Source of the DNA: Trichormus sp. ATA11-4-KO1
GTDB lineage: Bacteria > Cyanobacteriota > Cyanobacteriia > Cyanobacteriales > Nostocaceae
Assembly (NCBI GenBank): GCA_019358915.1
Contig: JAHHIM010000013.1
Location: forward strand, 41,080 to 105,079
DNA: 64,000 nt
Reading direction: 5' to 3'
Below the pieces are notes generated by a model. The model made no database searches. It had not been told where the DNA came from and saw nothing but the letters and a program-made list of their open reading frames with translations. How positions within the stretch are numbered: position 1 is the first letter of the stretch; each line of letters opens with the position of its first letter. Position numbers and translations under genes: made by a program. Below, in pieces: positions 11,719 through 23,184 of the stretch.

Positions 11719-11877
11719 AATGAAGAGTGATGAGTTGAAAGTGCTGAGTGCTGAGTTAAAAGACCGCCCACACTTCGGCAAGGCTTAGTGACCACAATTC
11801 GCGTTGCATTTACCGAGTGCAAAAGTGTTTCCTTCCTCTTGTTATTACTCAGCACTCAGCACTCAGCACTGTGTAAG
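11719..11877. mobile_element. MITE-like element with TGCTGAG/CTCAGCA heptamer inverted ends, copy 1
   Basis: shares ends and internal blocks with 31352-31579. Confidence 0.65.
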
Positions 11878-11959
11878 GTAAAGTGTTTCCTTGCTGCGCT
11901 TATAGCCCGTGCTAAGTATAAACCCAGTTGCTTCATTGCTCTCTTGTATCAACACTGTC

Positions 11960-12136
11960 CTCAACTATGTGACTACTGCTATAAAGAAAAATTATCTGGG
12001 TTGGGAACCTCAAGTTAGCTTTAAGGAACTATTAAAGAAAATGGTACAGGCAGATATAGAGCCGTGGCAAAACGGTAAAATTGCAACCTGCCACTCTACC
12101 CTCTCTGGGAGTATAAACAATATAAATGCTGATTGA
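11960..12136 (+). pseudogene. C-terminal remnant of a GDP-mannose 4,6-dehydratase-like (NDP-sugar) gene
   Basis: LGWEPQVSFKELLKKMVQADI resembles the Gmd C-terminus; no N-terminal Rossmann part; overlaps the GT4 start. Confidence 0.55.
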
Positions 12137-13289
12137 TACAGTCGGAGAAAACCTCAATTCAGGTAAAAAGGTTAATAAACAAGCTAACCATGTCTTCGTG
12201 TTTTTAGAGATTTTTGCCTGCGAAGGTGGTATTCAATCCTATGTCAAGGATATTTTTCGTGCTTATGCAGAATTAAATGCTGGCTGTAAGGCAGAAGTCT
12301 TTTTGTTGCGAGATAATTATGACCACTCAAATCCTTTTGAGTCTGATAGTTTAAAATTTCACTACTTTCAAAATAAGTTACCCCAAATAGGTAGATTGAA
12401 AATGGCGGGGGCTTTGTTGAAGTTCCTCTTACAAAAACGCCCCCAGCAAGTTTTTTGCGGTCACATTAATCTGGCAGTCCTGATCCAAATACTTTGCCAG
12501 CCGTTAGGTATTCCCTACACAGTCCTGACTTACGGCAAAGAAGTTTGGGAACCACTGAAAAATAGCGAAAGACGCGCTTTAGCATCAGCAAATGCCATTT
12601 GGACAATTAGTCGTTACAGCCGCGATCGCGCTTGTGCTGCCAATGGTTTAGATGCTAAAAAAATCAAGATGTTACCTTGTGCCATTAATGGCGATAAATT
12701 TACACCTGGTTCTCAGCAACCAGAATTAGTCGAAAAATATGGCTTAGGTGGTACTAAAGTATTAATGACCGTGGCGCGACTATGGTCAGGGGATATTTAT
12801 AAAGGTGTCGATGTGACGATTCGCGCACTACCCCAAATCGCTGAGGCTTTCCCAGAAATCAAATATTTGGTAATTGGTCGCGGCGATGACCAACCACGAT
12901 TAGCCCAACTAGCACAAGATTTAGGTGTGAGCGATCGCGTGGTTTTTGCGGGTTTTGTGCCTACAGAACAGTTAATGGCCCACTATCGCCTTGCTGATGC
13001 CTATATTATGCCCTCTCAAGAAGGCTTTGGGATTGTTTATTTAGAGGCGATGGCTTGTGGTGTACCAGTGCTATCCGGTGATGACGATGGATCGGCCGAC
13101 CCCTTGCAGGATGGTAAATTGGGATGGCGAGTACCACACCGTGACCCAGAGGCGGTAGCAAAAGCTTGTATAGAAATTTTGCGAGGGAATGACCAACGTT
13201 GTGATGGACAATGGCTAAGAGAACAAGCGATCGCCACTTTTGGTATGGAAGCCTTTCGACAACGTTTACAAGAACTACTTTTGTCCTGA
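12126..13289 (+). CDS. glycosyltransferase family 4
   Basis: GGIQ N-terminal motif, YKGVD, EGFGIVYLEAMACG. Confidence 0.92.
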   Translation: MLIDTVGENLNSGKKVNKQANHVFVFLEIFACEGGIQSYVKDIFRAYAELNAGCKAEVFLLRDNYDHSNPFESDSLKFHYFQNKLPQIGRLKMAGALLKFLLQKRPQQVFCGHINLAVLIQILCQPLGIPYTVLTYGKEVWEPLKNSERRALASANAIWTISRYSRDRACAANGLDAKKIKMLPCAINGDKFTPGSQQPELVEKYGLGGTKVLMTVARLWSGDIYKGVDVTIRALPQIAEAFPEIKYLVIGRGDDQPRLAQLAQDLGVSDRVVFAGFVPTEQLMAHYRLADAYIMPSQEGFGIVYLEAMACGVPVLSGDDDGSADPLQDGKLGWRVPHRDPEAVAKACIEILRGNDQRCDGQWLREQAIATFGMEAFRQRLQELLLS

Positions 13290-13411
13290 GTCGTAAGCCA
13301 ATAGTCCCAAGGTGAGATTAATATTTCTTGACTTTTGGTAGTTGACTGTAGGCTTTTGTCTCTCAACTAAAATCGCTATCCTAGAGGGAGAGGAAGACAA
13401 TATTTTATAAA

Positions 13412-13789
13412 ATGAGCCTTAAATCTTTGCAATTGAGTATTGAAAATCTTCGCCCTTGGCTCACTCTGTTAGCAGTTTTTTGGTTGCTAGCATCATTAGG
13501 CTTAGGGTGGTTGGTGAATTCGTTGTTAATCATCTTTGGTTTGCTGTTGTTGACACCTGTTGTAGCTTTCTTCGGGTTTCGCTGGTGGCTACAACACAAT
13601 TTAGTTACTGATCAATGTCCTGTCTGCCGCTATGAATTTACAGGTTTAAATAATAGTCAGTTGCAGTGTCCCAACTGTGGAGAGTCACTGTCAGTCAAAC
13701 AGGGACATTTTCAGCGCTTTACACCAGAAGGCACAATTGATGTTACAGCAATTGAAGTACCAGCCAAATCACTGGAAGAAAAAAGTTAA
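13412..13789 (+). CDS. conserved membrane protein with C-terminal zinc ribbon
   Basis: hydrophobic N-half, CPVC...CPNC, TIDV tail. Confidence 0.75.
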   Translation: MSLKSLQLSIENLRPWLTLLAVFWLLASLGLGWLVNSLLIIFGLLLLTPVVAFFGFRWWLQHNLVTDQCPVCRYEFTGLNNSQLQCPNCGESLSVKQGHFQRFTPEGTIDVTAIEVPAKSLEEKS

Positions 13790-14017
13790 CACTGCTGTTA
13801 TAGTATAATTACTGAGATAATAACTAGCGATTACCCAATATGTAATGTATTTTTCTTGGGGTCTTAGTGACTTAGTGGTTAAAAAAATGACTTTTGCACC
13901 ACAAAGGCACTAAGACACTAAGGTGGAAAGCCTAAAACTGGACAAAATTTTAAGTAGTTTTTACCCACCTTGATTTCTTTGTATAGCCCCACCCTGTCAG
14001 GGTGAGGTCTATTAAAG

Positions 14018-15490
<1,473 letters not shown>

Positions 15491-15761
15491 AATGTAAATT
15501 GTACCACCTTGATTATGAATGCGGATGAGGTGTTTACAATTTATGAGGAGTGAGAAGAGCTTATTCTCCGCTTTATTGCACTTTATTTTAAAAGTAACGG
15601 TTGTACTGCTGACAAGAAGCCAATTGTTGTTAGCTTGCTTCACTTCTGGGCTGCAATACATACAACGAAGGCGATTGTTTTTGGGGTTGTCAGTGCAACA
15701 GCAATGCTTGAATCAAAGCAGCCATTGAGATACGCTATAACCCAGCATTTACAGCATCTTC

Positions 15762-16064
15762 ATGAAGTTTGAAATTTTTACGCCTCTCGGATTTATGGTT
15801 AGAACATCCGAAGAGTATTGGCAACGGTTGATCATCAAGCATCCTGATATTGAGGAGTTAGAGGAGCTAATTCGATTAGCTCTTGCCATACCGGACGAAG
15901 TTCGACACAGTAGCCGAGATGCAGAAGTATTATTGTTTTATCGGGTACGGGGAGAAGAACGTTGGGTTGTTGCGGTTGCACGGCGCTTAAATGGAGATGG
16001 ATTCCTCATCACAGCTTACCAAACTGATGCGATTAAGGAGGGAGAAACAGTATGGCTCAAATAA
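15762..16064 (+). CDS. putative RelE/BrnT-like (BECR-fold) toxin
   Basis: 100 aa, KHP...ALAIPDEVRHS...WVVAVARR...GFLITAY pattern; overlaps the downstream small acidic gene. Confidence 0.55.
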   Translation: MKFEIFTPLGFMVRTSEEYWQRLIIKHPDIEELEELIRLALAIPDEVRHSSRDAEVLLFYRVRGEERWVVAVARRLNGDGFLITAYQTDAIKEGETVWLK

Positions 16065-16288
16065 AGGTGTTTTACGAGCCGGAGACAGAGCTATTAAGCG
16101 TATTTTGGCAAGTTCCAAGAAAAAATCAAATTAGTACTGAGCTTGGAGATGGTGTGATCTTGATAAAAGATGGGGCAAGTGGTGAGCCAATTGGGTTAGA
16201 GGTTTTGTCCTACCGTCCTGGGGACGACCGCTTTGATACTGTGAGTGTTGAGTTGGGGCAAATAAGTTCGATGCAACCAGCCAGCTAA
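16052..16288 (+). CDS. DUF2283-like putative antitoxin
   Basis: IKVFYEPETELLSV...ELGDGVILIKD..GEPIGLEVL pattern. Confidence 0.65.
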   Translation: MAQIKVFYEPETELLSVFWQVPRKNQISTELGDGVILIKDGASGEPIGLEVLSYRPGDDRFDTVSVELGQISSMQPAS

Positions 16289-16369
16289 CAACCCGGTTGG
16301 AGCGGATTGACACAGAATCTTGGTTGGGCTGCAAAAGCTGCTAGCAACCGCAAAACTTGACCGTTGGGC
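16283..16369 (+). mobile_element. attC-like integron cassette recombination site
   Basis: R'' box AGCTAAC overlaps the stop codon, R' box GTTGGGC; imperfect inner arms GTTGGAGCGG...CCGCAAAAC; 87 bp. Confidence 0.65.
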
Positions 16370-16432
16370 TGCTGCGTTCGGCTTGACTCAGGTGCAAGTT
16401 TTGAACAGCTTAAACAGGTAAGAGGGCGAGTT

Positions 16433-16918
16433 ATGGAAATGTCGAAAGGTGAACTGACCTTTGTATTTTTGGCGGACAGACAAGATGCAATCCCAACTGT
16501 AGCACAATGGTATTATGAAGAGTGGGGCAGAGTTCCTGACAATTCGGTTGAGCAAACGATTGAACGGATAAAAGGCAAACTCAACTGCGATAAACCTCCT
16601 TTTCACATTCTGGCAATTTCAAAGGATAGCGTTCTGGGGGTTGCTCAATTTAAGCTACGCGAGACGAGCATCTATCCAGAAAAAGAGTTTTGGCTTGGAA
16701 GTCTTTTTGTTGCTCCTAAGTTCAGAGGTTGTGGTATCGGGTCAGCTCTAGCAGAAGAAATTGCTGTCATTGCCAAAGGTTTCGGGGTCAAATATCTTTA
16801 TCTGCAAACGGATGCTTTGGATGGAGGTTTGTATAAGCGTCTTGGCTGGAAAATCATCGAGACAACCGAATACAATAGCGTGCGAGTGGCTGTCATGGTA
16901 AGGCAACTGGTTGGGTGA
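16433..16918 (+). CDS. GNAT family N-acetyltransferase
   Basis: WLGSLFVAPKFRGCGIGSAL (acetyl-CoA motif A), LYKRLGW. Confidence 0.88.
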   Translation: MEMSKGELTFVFLADRQDAIPTVAQWYYEEWGRVPDNSVEQTIERIKGKLNCDKPPFHILAISKDSVLGVAQFKLRETSIYPEKEFWLGSLFVAPKFRGCGIGSALAEEIAVIAKGFGVKYLYLQTDALDGGLYKRLGWKIIETTEYNSVRVAVMVRQLVG

Positions 16919-17001
16919 TAGACCGAGCAGAAACACACCAACAACAGCAGAAAACCTTGAACTTTCACCGATAGACTCTTTATATTTGGTTTTTCCTGTC
17001 A

Positions 17002-17619
17002 ATGCGTAAGTATTATAAATATATTATTTTTTACAAACCCTATGGAGTTCTCAGCCAATTTACACAGGAAAGTCCCAAACATATCACCTTGAAAGACTAT
17101 ATCCAGGTTGCCGATGTTTATCCTGTAGGACGTTTGGACTGGGACAGTGAAGGTTTATTGTTGTTGACGAACGATGGAAAATTACAACATCGCCTCGCCC
17201 ATCCTCGATTTGGACATCAACGAACTTATTTGGTGCAGGTAGAGCGCATTCCTGATATAGATGCTATAAACAAGTTACAAAATGGTGTGGAAATTCAAAA
17301 TTACCGCACTCAGCCAGCCCAAGTACGACTATTATCAGCAGAACCGCAGCTACCTGAACGTAATCCGCCAATTAGATTTCGGAAAAATATCCCCACAGCA
17401 TGGTTGGAGATGACATTAACCGAAGGAAAAAATCGCCAGGTGCGGCGCATGACTGCGGCGGTAGGGTTTCCCACTTTGCGACTAGTCAGGGTAAGCATAG
17501 CCCATCTAAATCTCAATGGTCTACAGCTAGGTCAGTGGCGCGATCTCACGCCATGTGAACTGAGACTTCTGCATAAATTGCCTCAAAACTACAAAAGAGT
17601 TTCTAGCGCTAGGACATAA
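17002..17619 (+). CDS. RsuA/RluE-family pseudouridine synthase
   Basis: [41 protein letters not shown]. Confidence 0.92.
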   Translation: MRKYYKYIIFYKPYGVLSQFTQESPKHITLKDYIQVADVYPVGRLDWDSEGLLLLTNDGKLQHRLAHPRFGHQRTYLVQVERIPDIDAINKLQNGVEIQNYRTQPAQVRLLSAEPQLPERNPPIRFRKNIPTAWLEMTLTEGKNRQVRRMTAAVGFPTLRLVRVSIAHLNLNGLQLGQWRDLTPCELRLLHKLPQNYKRVSSART

Positions 17620-17829
17620 AGCGGCTTTTTAGTTAAATTTCACAACAGAAGCAATATATTTTCATGTTGACAAACGTAATTAGATGTAAATAAACGTAAT
17701 TTTGAGCCAAAAGGACTATATAAGTTTTTATTTGCCTCTTTTTGGCGCAAAATCAGCCAAAAGGATTATAATAATCTTTTTTTATTCCTGACCAGTTAAC
17801 ACCAGCCCTTGGGTGCAAGTTTAAGTCTT

Positions 17830-19260
17830 ATGAGCCTTAATCAGCGATTGCGCGGAGCGCAGCGCCAGAGGCGATCGCTCTGGCATCAAACTCACCAACA
17901 ACAAGATATCTTGTCTGCAAAACCTGTATGCTTGGAATTTGTACCCGAACGAGCTTCAGATTTAGAACTTTGCACGGTAGCAGAAACGCTGCGTCGTACC
18001 CAAGAGGAACTTCAATGGTATCGCCAGCTTTATGAACATACCCCTGCTATATATTTCAGCTTGGATACAACTGGAATAGTTCTGTCTGTGAACCAGTTCG
18101 GAGCAACCTGTCTTGGTTACACGCCTGAACAATTGATTAACCAGCCTGTATTTAACTTGTTTGCAGCATCAGACAAACAAAGGCTATCTGATACATTCAC
18201 ACGGTTATTAACGGCTGCACATCAAAGCGAAATTGTCCATAGGGAGTTTCGCTTAAACTGCCCTGCAAGTAAGATTGCATGGGTAAAAGTCGTAATGTGT
18301 TTATTACCTGGTGGGAATAAGCACTGTTCTTTGGAAGAAAACCAACAGCTACTTACCAACCAGGCGGAAACCTCTACATTACAGTCTGATCAAATAGATT
18401 CGGTAATTCTCATGGTGTGTGAGGATATTACTGCTTACAAGCAAACAGAAACTAACTTAAAAGAATTAGCACAAGCAGTTTTAAAACAGAGCCAAATAGC
18501 AGCACAGGCTCATTTAGAGGAAATGGATCACCTCAATCGCCTCAAAGAAGAATTTTTGAGTACGGTTTCCCATGAACTACGCACGCCACTAACTAATATG
18601 AAAATGGCGATTCAGATGTTGGGAATCACGCTGCATCAAGAGCAGAAGTTTTTGTCGGAAATGGCAAAACCACAAGCAGAACGATCAAAAGCATTTCGCT
18701 ATTTTGAAATTTTAGATAACGAATGTGAACGAGAAATTAACTTAATTAATAACTTCCTGGATTTGCAACGGCTAGATACAAGTGCTAAACCCTGGGTGCT
18801 AGAAACAATTCAAGTGCAACAATGGCTTTGGCGCGTTGTAGAGCTATTTAAAGCGCGCCATTATACCTCCTGTCAACAAAAGTTGCACCTTAGCATAGCT
18901 GCTAATTTGCCCCCGTTGGCGTATGATCCGTTGAGTCTAGAGCGCATCTTGGTGGAACTTTTGACAAATGCCTGTAAATTCAGCCCCTTAGATGCCGAAA
19001 TTACCATTTCCGCCCAATTGAAATCTCATAATATCCAATTTCAAGTCATCAATTCCGGCGTAGAAATTCCTAGTTTTGAATTACCACGCATTTTCGACAA
19101 ATTTTATCGTATTCCTAGTAATGATCCACGAAAGCAGGGAGGAACGGGGTTAGGACTGGCACTAGTACAAAAACTTACTAAGCACTTAGGCGGAACAATT
19201 GCAGTGGAAAGTGGAGCAAATCGGACTTGTTTCACCATCCTACTAGCGCTGAAGAGTTAG
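17830..19260 (+). CDS. PAS-domain sensor histidine kinase
   Basis: PAS, VSHELRTPL H-box, ELLTNACKF, GGTGLGL. Confidence 0.9.
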   Translation: MSLNQRLRGAQRQRRSLWHQTHQQQDILSAKPVCLEFVPERASDLELCTVAETLRRTQEELQWYRQLYEHTPAIYFSLDTTGIVLSVNQFGATCLGYTPEQLINQPVFNLFAASDKQRLSDTFTRLLTAAHQSEIVHREFRLNCPASKIAWVKVVMCLLPGGNKHCSLEENQQLLTNQAETSTLQSDQIDSVILMVCEDITAYKQTETNLKELAQAVLKQSQIAAQAHLEEMDHLNRLKEEFLSTVSHELRTPLTNMKMAIQMLGITLHQEQKFLSEMAKPQAERSKAFRYFEILDNECEREINLINNFLDLQRLDTSAKPWVLETIQVQQWLWRVVELFKARHYTSCQQKLHLSIAANLPPLAYDPLSLERILVELLTNACKFSPLDAEITISAQLKSHNIQFQVINSGVEIPSFELPRIFDKFYRIPSNDPRKQGGTGLGLALVQKLTKHLGGTIAVESGANRTCFTILLALKS

Positions 19261-19502
19261 GGAGTGGGGAGATGAGGGGGAATTGAAAATGCCCCATTCC
19301 CCATTCCCCAAAATATTATGAAGAATTGGCAGCCAATATCTGAAATATTTAGCTAATATGCGTCACAATTAATACGGCCACCAAAATTCACTGGTGAAAC
19401 CACAATTTATTGTACGTCTACTGGAGGCAGGGGCAGCCAATTGTGGCACTGGGGATATTTAGTGGCTAAGCACCTTGGAATGGGAATTAAGGAACTTCCA
19501 CC

Positions 19503-21545
19503 ATGCTGATTTGCCCTCAGTGTACATTTGAAAACCCCGACACTAACAAATTCTGTCAAAACTGTGGTGCGTCCCTGACCCACAAGGTCTGTCCTGAATG
19601 CAGTACCGATGTCCCTGTGAATGCACAACTTTGTCATAACTGTGGTGCGGAATGCGGCACAGTTTGGCAGGCAATTATTACCCAGGATGAGACTAGAGAC
19701 TGGGAACTAGGGAGTGGGGAAGAAATAGCAGAGAAGACCACAGAACAAGAAAATCAAGAAAACTCACTCCCTCTCGCCTCAACTCTAGAGGAGACTTTGA
19801 AGTCACCTATCTTGGCAACACAACTCACAGCAGGCTCTTATTTAGACCAAGAACAGCGTTATCAATTATTAGAACTGCCATCAGCCCCAAGGAAAAACGT
19901 TGCCAAAATCGAAGTGTGCGTGAGAGTGTTAGACTGCCAGCCTTATCAAATATCACCTGTTGAGGCAATACTAACCAATCAGCAACAGGGACTAGTAGTG
20001 CCATCAGTGGAAGCAGGTGGAATTCCTAGCCTTGCTAAGGCTTATATCGATTTACAATCTTTAATTCATCCAGGAATACCACCAATTCATGATGCTTGGC
20101 AGCAGGATGATATGCAGGTGGTACTAATTGAAGACCGATCGCATTGGCAGTCTTTACTCGATTTGTGGCGAGATGAAACAACAGATTCGTTACAAATTTT
20201 ACATTGGTTATATCAAATGACCCAACTCTGGGCTGTACTGGAAACAGTAAATTGTCGACAAAGTTTGTTGGATTTGGCGAATTTACGAGTGGATGAAGAC
20301 CAGACATTAGCGCTACAGCGTTTGTATGTGGAACCATTGAATAAACAGCCGGCGATTCCTGCGGATAACTTGGCTAATGCATCGTCTGAAGATGAAGAAA
20401 AAGAAACATTTACAGGTTTTGGGCAAACTTTCACTATCCAAGCTTTGGGACAAGTTTGGCAGGAACTATTTCGTCAGTCTCAACGCACTCAATTTGGTTC
20501 TATAGTGCAGACTTTGGAGGATGTGGAACTTGGTAAAATTCAGACGGTTGAGCAGTTGCGATCGCGTTTAACTCAAATCGCTGCTGAACTAGAAACACCC
20601 ATCACAGCAACTTTTCATCCAATGGAAGAAAAAGATCCTGTTACACCTACCATTCTGCAATTAGATGAGTTAGAAGATTCTGCGGTCAAACCAGATGATC
20701 TGCCTACAGTTGTACTGTCAATGCAATTGAGCAGCTTAGAAGACGCAGGACGCACTGATGTTGGCCGTCAACGTAATCACAATGAAGACTGCTTTGGGAT
20801 TGAAACCAAAATCGAGAAATTGGAATTACCCAAAAACCGAGTCATACAAGCCCGTGGTTTGTATATTCTCTGCGATGGTATGGGCGGACATGCAGGTGGT
20901 GAGATAGCCAGTGAGTTGGCAGTTAAGACTGTGCGGCAATACTTTCAAGAACATTGGATTACCAACCAAATGCCCACATCAGATAGTATTCGTGAGGCAG
21001 TTTATTTAGCTAATCAGGCAATTTACGAAACTAATCAACAAGATGCCCGTTCTGGTATCGGGCGCATGGGGACTACTCTAGTTATGCTTTTAATTCAAGG
21101 CACTCAAGCAGCAGTTGCCCATGTAGGGGATAGTCGCCTTTACTGCTTGACACGCAAGCGCGGACTGGTACAAATCACGGTGGATCACGAAGTCGGTCAA
21201 CGAGAAATTTCTAGAGGAGTGGAAGCAAACATCGCTTACGCCCGTCCAGATGCCTATCAATTGACTCAAGCTTTAGGGCCTCGTGATCAAAACTCAATTA
21301 ATCCTGATGTGGAGTTTTTCGAGATCAATGAAGACAGTCTCTTCATTTTGGTTTCAGACGGTTTATCAGATAATGATTTACTAGAAATTCATGGGCAAAC
21401 CCATCTAATTCCCCTGCTGAGTTCTGGCGCCAATCTGGAACAGGGGGTTATGGAATTAATTGATTTGGCTAACCAATACAATGGTCATGACAATATTACT
21501 GCTGTACTTATCCGGGCAAAAGTCCGCCCAAATATGGACAGTTAA
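19503..21545 (+). CDS. PP2C-type Ser/Thr phosphatase with N-terminal double zinc ribbon
   Basis: four CxxC, GRQRNHNED, CDGMGG, HVGDSR, SDGL, GHDNIT. Confidence 0.92.
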   Translation: MLICPQCTFENPDTNKFCQNCGASLTHKVCPECSTDVPVNAQLCHNCGAECGTVWQAIITQDETRDWELGSGEEIAEKTTEQENQENSLPLASTLEETLKSPILATQLTAGSYLDQEQRYQLLELPSAPRKNVAKIEVCVRVLDCQPYQISPVEAILTNQQQGLVVPSVEAGGIPSLAKAYIDLQSLIHPGIPPIHDAWQQDDMQVVLIEDRSHWQSLLDLWRDETTDSLQILHWLYQMTQLWAVLETVNCRQSLLDLANLRVDEDQTLALQRLYVEPLNKQPAIPADNLANASSEDEEKETFTGFGQTFTIQALGQVWQELFRQSQRTQFGSIVQTLEDVELGKIQTVEQLRSRLTQIAAELETPITATFHPMEEKDPVTPTILQLDELEDSAVKPDDLPTVVLSMQLSSLEDAGRTDVGRQRNHNEDCFGIETKIEKLELPKNRVIQARGLYILCDGMGGHAGGEIASELAVKTVRQYFQEHWITNQMPTSDSIREAVYLANQAIYETNQQDARSGIGRMGTTLVMLLIQGTQAAVAHVGDSRLYCLTRKRGLVQITVDHEVGQREISRGVEANIAYARPDAYQLTQALGPRDQNSINPDVEFFEINEDSLFILVSDGLSDNDLLEIHGQTHLIPLLSSGANLEQGVMELIDLANQYNGHDNITAVLIRAKVRPNMDS

Positions 21546-21606
21546 GGGAAATTTTCCTCTAACCTCTAGCCTCTAATTCCTTTGTTCAGTTTATGCAGGT
21601 CGTATT

Positions 21607-22878
21607 GTGGTTATTCTGACTCTGTTAGAACCGCAACAAAAAACGCCACTCAAGCAATGGTGCTTTGAAAACTCCTCCGTAATTCGGATTGGTCGGGCGG
21701 CGGATAATCATGTTGTTTTATCTGATAGTTTGGTTTCGCGGCATCATCTAGAACTGAGGCAGGTCAATCCTGCCAAAAATATTGGTTCTTGGCAGGTGAT
21801 TAGTCAAGGCACAAATGGCACTTTCCTCAATGGTATCCTGGTGATTCAGAGTTTGTTGCCAGATAATTCCTTGTTGCAATTGGCACAGGGAGGGCCGATA
21901 TTACAATTTCAACTCCAGGAAATACCGGATACTTGGTTGCGATCGCCTGAAGGTGGCGAGATACCAGAAAACACTGCTGCATCAGTCTTTTCCGCTAGCA
22001 CCCCTGCCAGTTTATCTGCCAGTTGCAATCACGAAGGTAACTCGCCTAATAATCTATTTTGTATCCACTGCGGTCAACCTCTGTCGGTGCAACAAACCAT
22101 TCGTCAATATCAGGTGTTGCGAACTTTAGGACAGGGAGGGATGGGGACTACTTATTTAGCTTGGGATGCAGCAGGCATAATTGCCGGAAAACCACAATTG
22201 TTGGTATTAAAGCAAATGAATGCTGATATGGCGAAAATTGCCAAAGCCCAAGAATTATTTGAACGGGAGGCGTATACTCTCAAATCCCTTAACCACTCTG
22301 GGATTCCCAAGTATTACGATTTTTTTGTTGTGGGTGGTAAAAAATACTTGGCCATGGAATTAGTTCATGGACAAGATTTAGAAAAAAGAGTTTATGCTAC
22401 TGGGCCAGTAACGCCCAGCCAGGCGATCGCTTGGATGATTCAAACCTGCGACATCTTACACTACCTCCATAGCCAAGATCCGCCACTGATTCACCGTGAT
22501 ATTAAACCCGCTAACCTGATGGTGCGAAATTCTGATAATCACGTAGTAGTATTAGACTTTGGTGCCGTCAAGGAGATTGGTACGACCCCAGGCACTCGTA
22601 TTGGTGCAGAGGGTTACTGTGCCCCCGAACAAGAACGGGGACAACCTTTAACTCAATCCGATTTATATGCCATTGGGCCAACACTGATTTTTCTGCTCAC
22701 AGGCGAAAACCCTTTTAAGTTCTACCGTCACCGGGGGCAAAATTCCCGGTTTGATGTCACCAAGGTGCCGACAATTACTCCTAAATTAAGAGAAATTATT
22801 GAACGCGCTACGGAGCAACTGCCACGCGATCGCTACCAAAGTGCTAAAGAACTGGCTGTAGCATTAGCTAGTTGCTAA
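21607..22878 (+). CDS. FHA-domain Ser/Thr protein kinase
   Basis: IGR..SRHH..NGT FHA motifs; GQGGMG, HRDIKPAN, DFG. Confidence 0.92.
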   Translation: MVILTLLEPQQKTPLKQWCFENSSVIRIGRAADNHVVLSDSLVSRHHLELRQVNPAKNIGSWQVISQGTNGTFLNGILVIQSLLPDNSLLQLAQGGPILQFQLQEIPDTWLRSPEGGEIPENTAASVFSASTPASLSASCNHEGNSPNNLFCIHCGQPLSVQQTIRQYQVLRTLGQGGMGTTYLAWDAAGIIAGKPQLLVLKQMNADMAKIAKAQELFEREAYTLKSLNHSGIPKYYDFFVVGGKKYLAMELVHGQDLEKRVYATGPVTPSQAIAWMIQTCDILHYLHSQDPPLIHRDIKPANLMVRNSDNHVVVLDFGAVKEIGTTPGTRIGAEGYCAPEQERGQPLTQSDLYAIGPTLIFLLTGENPFKFYRHRGQNSRFDVTKVPTITPKLREIIERATEQLPRDRYQSAKELAVALASC

Positions 22879-22965
22879 GTATAGGTTGGGGGAATTGTGA
22901 TTAGGCTGTGCCGTGAGCGTCAGCCGAACGGGAATGGTGAGTATTAAAAATACCTATTCCCGTCT

Positions 22966-23184
22966 CTACTCTTCGTCCCAAGCCTCTACTGCTAGCAGTT
23001 CGCCAATAGGGTCTTGCATACTAAACCCAAAATCTTGCAGTTCTTGTTTCCAGTGCTGCCACTCATTGCCATAGAGCAATGCAATTTTCCAAATGCTATC
23101 AGTTGGTTTGATAATATTGGATTCGACGAGTGATTGCACGTTACGCTGCAATTTCACCATTGGGTGAATTACTTGCTGAGTCAT
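22966..23184 (-). CDS. DUF4327-like small cyanobacterial protein
   Basis: HPMVKLQRNVQSLV...IGELLAVEAWDEE. Confidence 0.7.
   Translation of the reverse strand: MTQQVIHPMVKLQRNVQSLVESNIIKPTDSIWKIALLYGNEWQHWKQELQDFGFSMQDPIGELLAVEAWDEE

Noticed and set aside
11788..12018. Short ORFs over repeat elements (also 7603-7830, 31262-31493, 52458-52751)
   Set aside because: Translations such as LSTQHSAL and SAELKVLSAE simply read through heptamer or SDR repeats.
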